This document shows positions 61,810 to 64,000 of a stretch of 64,000 nt of DNA, piece by piece. The notes under the pieces were generated by a model. That model did no database searches. It worked only from the letters and a program-made list of their open reading frames with translations, and was not told the origin of the DNA. The position numbers and the translations under genes were made by a program. Every line of letters begins with the position of its first letter. Position 1 is the stretch's first letter. The stretch is from a virus (taxonomy: Duplodnaviria; Caudoviricetes), in the IMG/VR virus record IMGVR_UViG_3300033075_000861, positions 1-64,000 of that record; one strand, written 5' to 3'.

Positions 61810-61837
61810 ATCGTAGCCATGTAACCGGAATCGTCAA
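61810..61837 (-). promoter_or_regulatory. early-type promoter
   Basis: TTGACG-N16-TACGAT. Confidence 0.6.
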
Positions 61838-61901
61838 CCCCCTCGATGCGTTTTTGTCAACCGCAATCTGGATTATGTCCGCGAACGAGCCAAATTGAAA
61901 A

Positions 61902-61932
61902 CCCCAAGTCTTTGCTGGGCAAAGACTTGGGG
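61902..61932 (-). terminator. intrinsic terminator
   Basis: CCCCAAGTCTTTGC-loop-GCAAAGACTTGGGG then TTTT on the minus strand. Confidence 0.7.
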
Positions 61933-61962
61933 TCTGTTCACTGCAAACGGAATGCGGTCAAA

Positions 61963-62829
61963 TCAGAACTTGTGGCCGCACTGCCCACAGAACTTGTCGC
62001 TGGAGCGTCCCCGTTTGGCCCCGCAGTTGGTGCAGTAGGTCGGCAGTTGGGCGTCGGGGAAGATGGCTTCGTTGAGGACGCTGGGGGTGGGGGTGGCGGC
62101 GAGCAGTTGCTCGGACCCCCGAAGGATAATACGAACGACGACGTAGTCATTTTCAGTCTGAATGTCCACCGTCCTGAAGGTCTGGCCGCTGGAAGCCCCC
62201 TCGACCGTGCATCCGTCCTTCAACTCTACGCTCGGGGTGAAGGCCGATTTCAGCGACTCCAGGCCCGACGATGCACACTGGCTCGTCCCCGCGTTCATCG
62301 AGCAGATGGTCTGCCCGGCTGGACCGCAGCTTCTGAGCATCTTGTGCCGCGTGTTGGTCCTCCAGACCGCCGGCTGCTTGTACGGCCAGGGCTGGGGGTA
62401 GACGGGGTACGGCTGGGGGACCGGGTAGGGGTGGTGGTGATGGTGGTGGTGTTCGACCGTCTTGTAGACAGGCTGTTCCTTCTCAAGGTAGAACCTGGCC
62501 TCGATGACCCCCTTGGAGCCATCGACGTTGGGTCCGTTCTTGCCGTGATCTACCGCGTCGGGACTGTCGAGGCTGACGAACTTGAAGCGGGCGTCTTTGT
62601 CGTGGTGGCGGTGGATGTCAACGACGCCGTTGGCGGGGACGATGTACCCGTTGCCCGAGACGTTCTCTCCGTCGATGGTGAACTTGACGACTGCTCGGCG
62701 GTTGTGCTTGTTGCGGAACCTGAGGGAGTATTCCTGGCCGAAGGGGAGGGGGACGGTGCCGTTGGCGAGTTCCTTCTGAGGCTGGCCGTTGACGAGTACG
62801 CAGGCTATGAAGCGGTTGCTGTAAACCAT
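61963..62829 (-). CDS. conserved phage protein with a His run and C-terminal Zn ribbon
   Basis: LPFGQEYSLRFRN...FTIDG; H7 run; YCTNCG...FCGQCG. Confidence 0.75.
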   Translation of the reverse strand: MVYSNRFIACVLVNGQPQKELANGTVPLPFGQEYSLRFRNKHNRRAVVKFTIDGENVSGNGYIVPANGVVDIHRHHDKDARFKFVSLDSPDAVDHGKNGPNVDGSKGVIEARFYLEKEQPVYKTVEHHHHHHHPYPVPQPYPVYPQPWPYKQPAVWRTNTRHKMLRSCGPAGQTICSMNAGTSQCASSGLESLKSAFTPSVELKDGCTVEGASSGQTFRTVDIQTENDYVVVRIILRGSEQLLAATPTPSVLNEAIFPDAQLPTYCTNCGAKRGRSSDKFCGQCGHKF

Positions 62830-63118
62830 GAGACTCACTCCTTGGGTAGCAAACGGAAACACTCACCCTCAGTTGTGCGTTAGGTTTGGGGGCGAGTCAG
62901 GCCCCCGAGGGTATTTCTCCGTCGCCCTTAGGTAGAGTGCGAGTCTCTCGTTTTTCACCGCCCCATCAGCGAGATATTCTCGTCGTCCTTGTTGTCGTAG
63001 ATGGCGAGTTCTTCGGCCTCGGTCAGTTCGCGGCCCAGGGCCTCCTCGGCCTCCCAGAAGGAGGTGAAGGTGCCCCTCATGTTGTGGTACTCGTCGGTGA
63101 GGCGAAGTTCTTGGTGTG

Positions 63119-63547
63119 TCACGCCTGCTCCTTGGGTCGCTCGATCCGCTCGTAGTACTCGTACTCCATGATGGCGTCGAGGTGGGCGGGGGCGTTCTCC
63201 TTCCAACTGAGCTTCTGGTTGACGTTGATGACGGTGGCTCCGTGGTAGAGCTTGCGGACCAAGATGTTGTTCCAATCGTCCTTGAAGTCGATGACGAGGG
63301 TCTGAGGCTCATCCTTCATATCGTTGAGCCAACGCTCCATCTTGCCGGCCTTGTCGTCCACGACGCTGAGGTAGATCGTCTTGTCTACGTCGCTGATGTC
63401 CACGTCGAACACGAACCCGTCCGCCAGGGGGCACTCGTCTGTGTAGGCTCTGAACCGGAACGTGTCCATAGTGTGTTCTTGGTCCACTTTCGTTTCCTTG
63501 GGTTTGGGTTTGTCGTCGCCGTAGATGTAGTCCATCCAGCTACACAT
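63119..63547 (-). CDS. hypothetical protein, possibly a degenerate tail-tube (gp19-like) fold
   Basis: beta-rich; LVIDFKD...HGATVINV...IMEYEYYE pattern; CTAGATA plus RBS upstream. Confidence 0.4.
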   Translation of the reverse strand: MCSWMDYIYGDDKPKPKETKVDQEHTMDTFRFRAYTDECPLADGFVFDVDISDVDKTIYLSVVDDKAGKMERWLNDMKDEPQTLVIDFKDDWNNILVRKLYHGATVINVNQKLSWKENAPAHLDAIMEYEYYERIERPKEQA

Positions 63548-63567
63548 ACCTCACCTCCTTTGCCTAT

Positions 63568-63984
63568 CTAGGCGACAGAGGGATCGTTGTGAGGGCATAC
63601 GCCCCCGTTGAACTGTCGGCCCAGGTTGCAGTTGAAGCACAACACCTGAAAACCTGGCGGATAGTTGTTCTTGATGATCCAGTGGAAGATGAGGGAGGCT
63701 TTCACAGTCTTCCTATGCTCTTTGCCGTCATTGTTGACGTGGTCGATAGTCAAGAACTTCAGGTTCGACTCGCCGCAGCAGTTGCACCTACTGCCTCCGT
63801 AGGCGTCGAACACTTTAAGACGTTTCTCGCGTCTTTGTCTTTTCTGAGCATCAGTGCATATCTGGCACCGACGCCTGTCTGGCAGGGCTGGCAGTGTGCA
63901 GTTGACACAGATGCCTTTGGCTATCTGTTCTTTTTTCTGCTCACGCAACCTCTCACGACACTGTTCGCAAAGGACACCTCCCAC
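63568..63984 (-). CDS. HNH endonuclease (5' end may lie outside the window)
   Basis: YGGSRCNCCG...LTIDHVNNDG...QVLCFNCN. Confidence 0.8.
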   Translation of the reverse strand: MGGVLCEQCRERLREQKKEQIAKGICVNCTLPALPDRRRCQICTDAQKRQRREKRLKVFDAYGGSRCNCCGESNLKFLTIDHVNNDGKEHRKTVKASLIFHWIIKNNYPPGFQVLCFNCNLGRQFNGGVCPHNDPSVA

Positions 63985-64000
63985 GGACGGTTTCCTGCCG

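Noticed and set aside
59604-61898. 764-aa plus-strand ORF
   Set aside because: Antisense shadow of two well-supported minus-strand genes; long shadow ORFs are expected at high GC3
1-64000. Stop-codon reassignment suggested by the release factor
   Set aside because: Conserved genes are uninterrupted in code 11; TAG ends uvsW and the 22023 gene, TGA ends many others; no suppressor tRNA found

Overview
A 64 kb GC-rich segment of a large T4-like (Tevenvirinae-related/jumbo) bacteriophage. It uses the standard genetic code (TAA, TAG and TGA all used as stops) and has a bacterial host (AGGAGG ribosome-binding sites, sigma70-like promoters, RF1-type release factor); the host taxon cannot be read from the sequence. 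Core and auxiliary genes include a UvsW-like helicase, gp47/gp46 (Mre11/Rad50), a class II ribonucleotide reductase with a LAGLIDADG intein, PyrD, PyrG, a nucleoside hydrolase, Glf, a GT9 glycosyltransferase, SET, DnaJ, C1/M14/M23 peptidases, a Holliday junction resolvase and many homing endonucleases. A minus-strand tRNA operon (34738-40596) holds only Leu, Ser, Phe, Tyr and Cys tRNAs plus several tRNA-like RNAs. The most striking observations are: (1) a 28-codon leader ORF just upstream of this operon, made almost entirely of those five amino acids and followed by a terminator, which suggests attenuation; (2) a circularly permuted tRNA-Phe inside a bipartite stem cassette that also encloses a tRNA-Leu; (3) a prfB-like CTT-TGA +1 frameshift site in front of an RF1-type release factor; (4) three divergent gp23 capsid paralogs, one with a twin-arginine signal; (5) a family of proteins with T4 capsid-targeting-like motifs, several behind a CTANATA late-promoter-like motif. 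All family assignments come from motif recognition by eye; no database searches were run.
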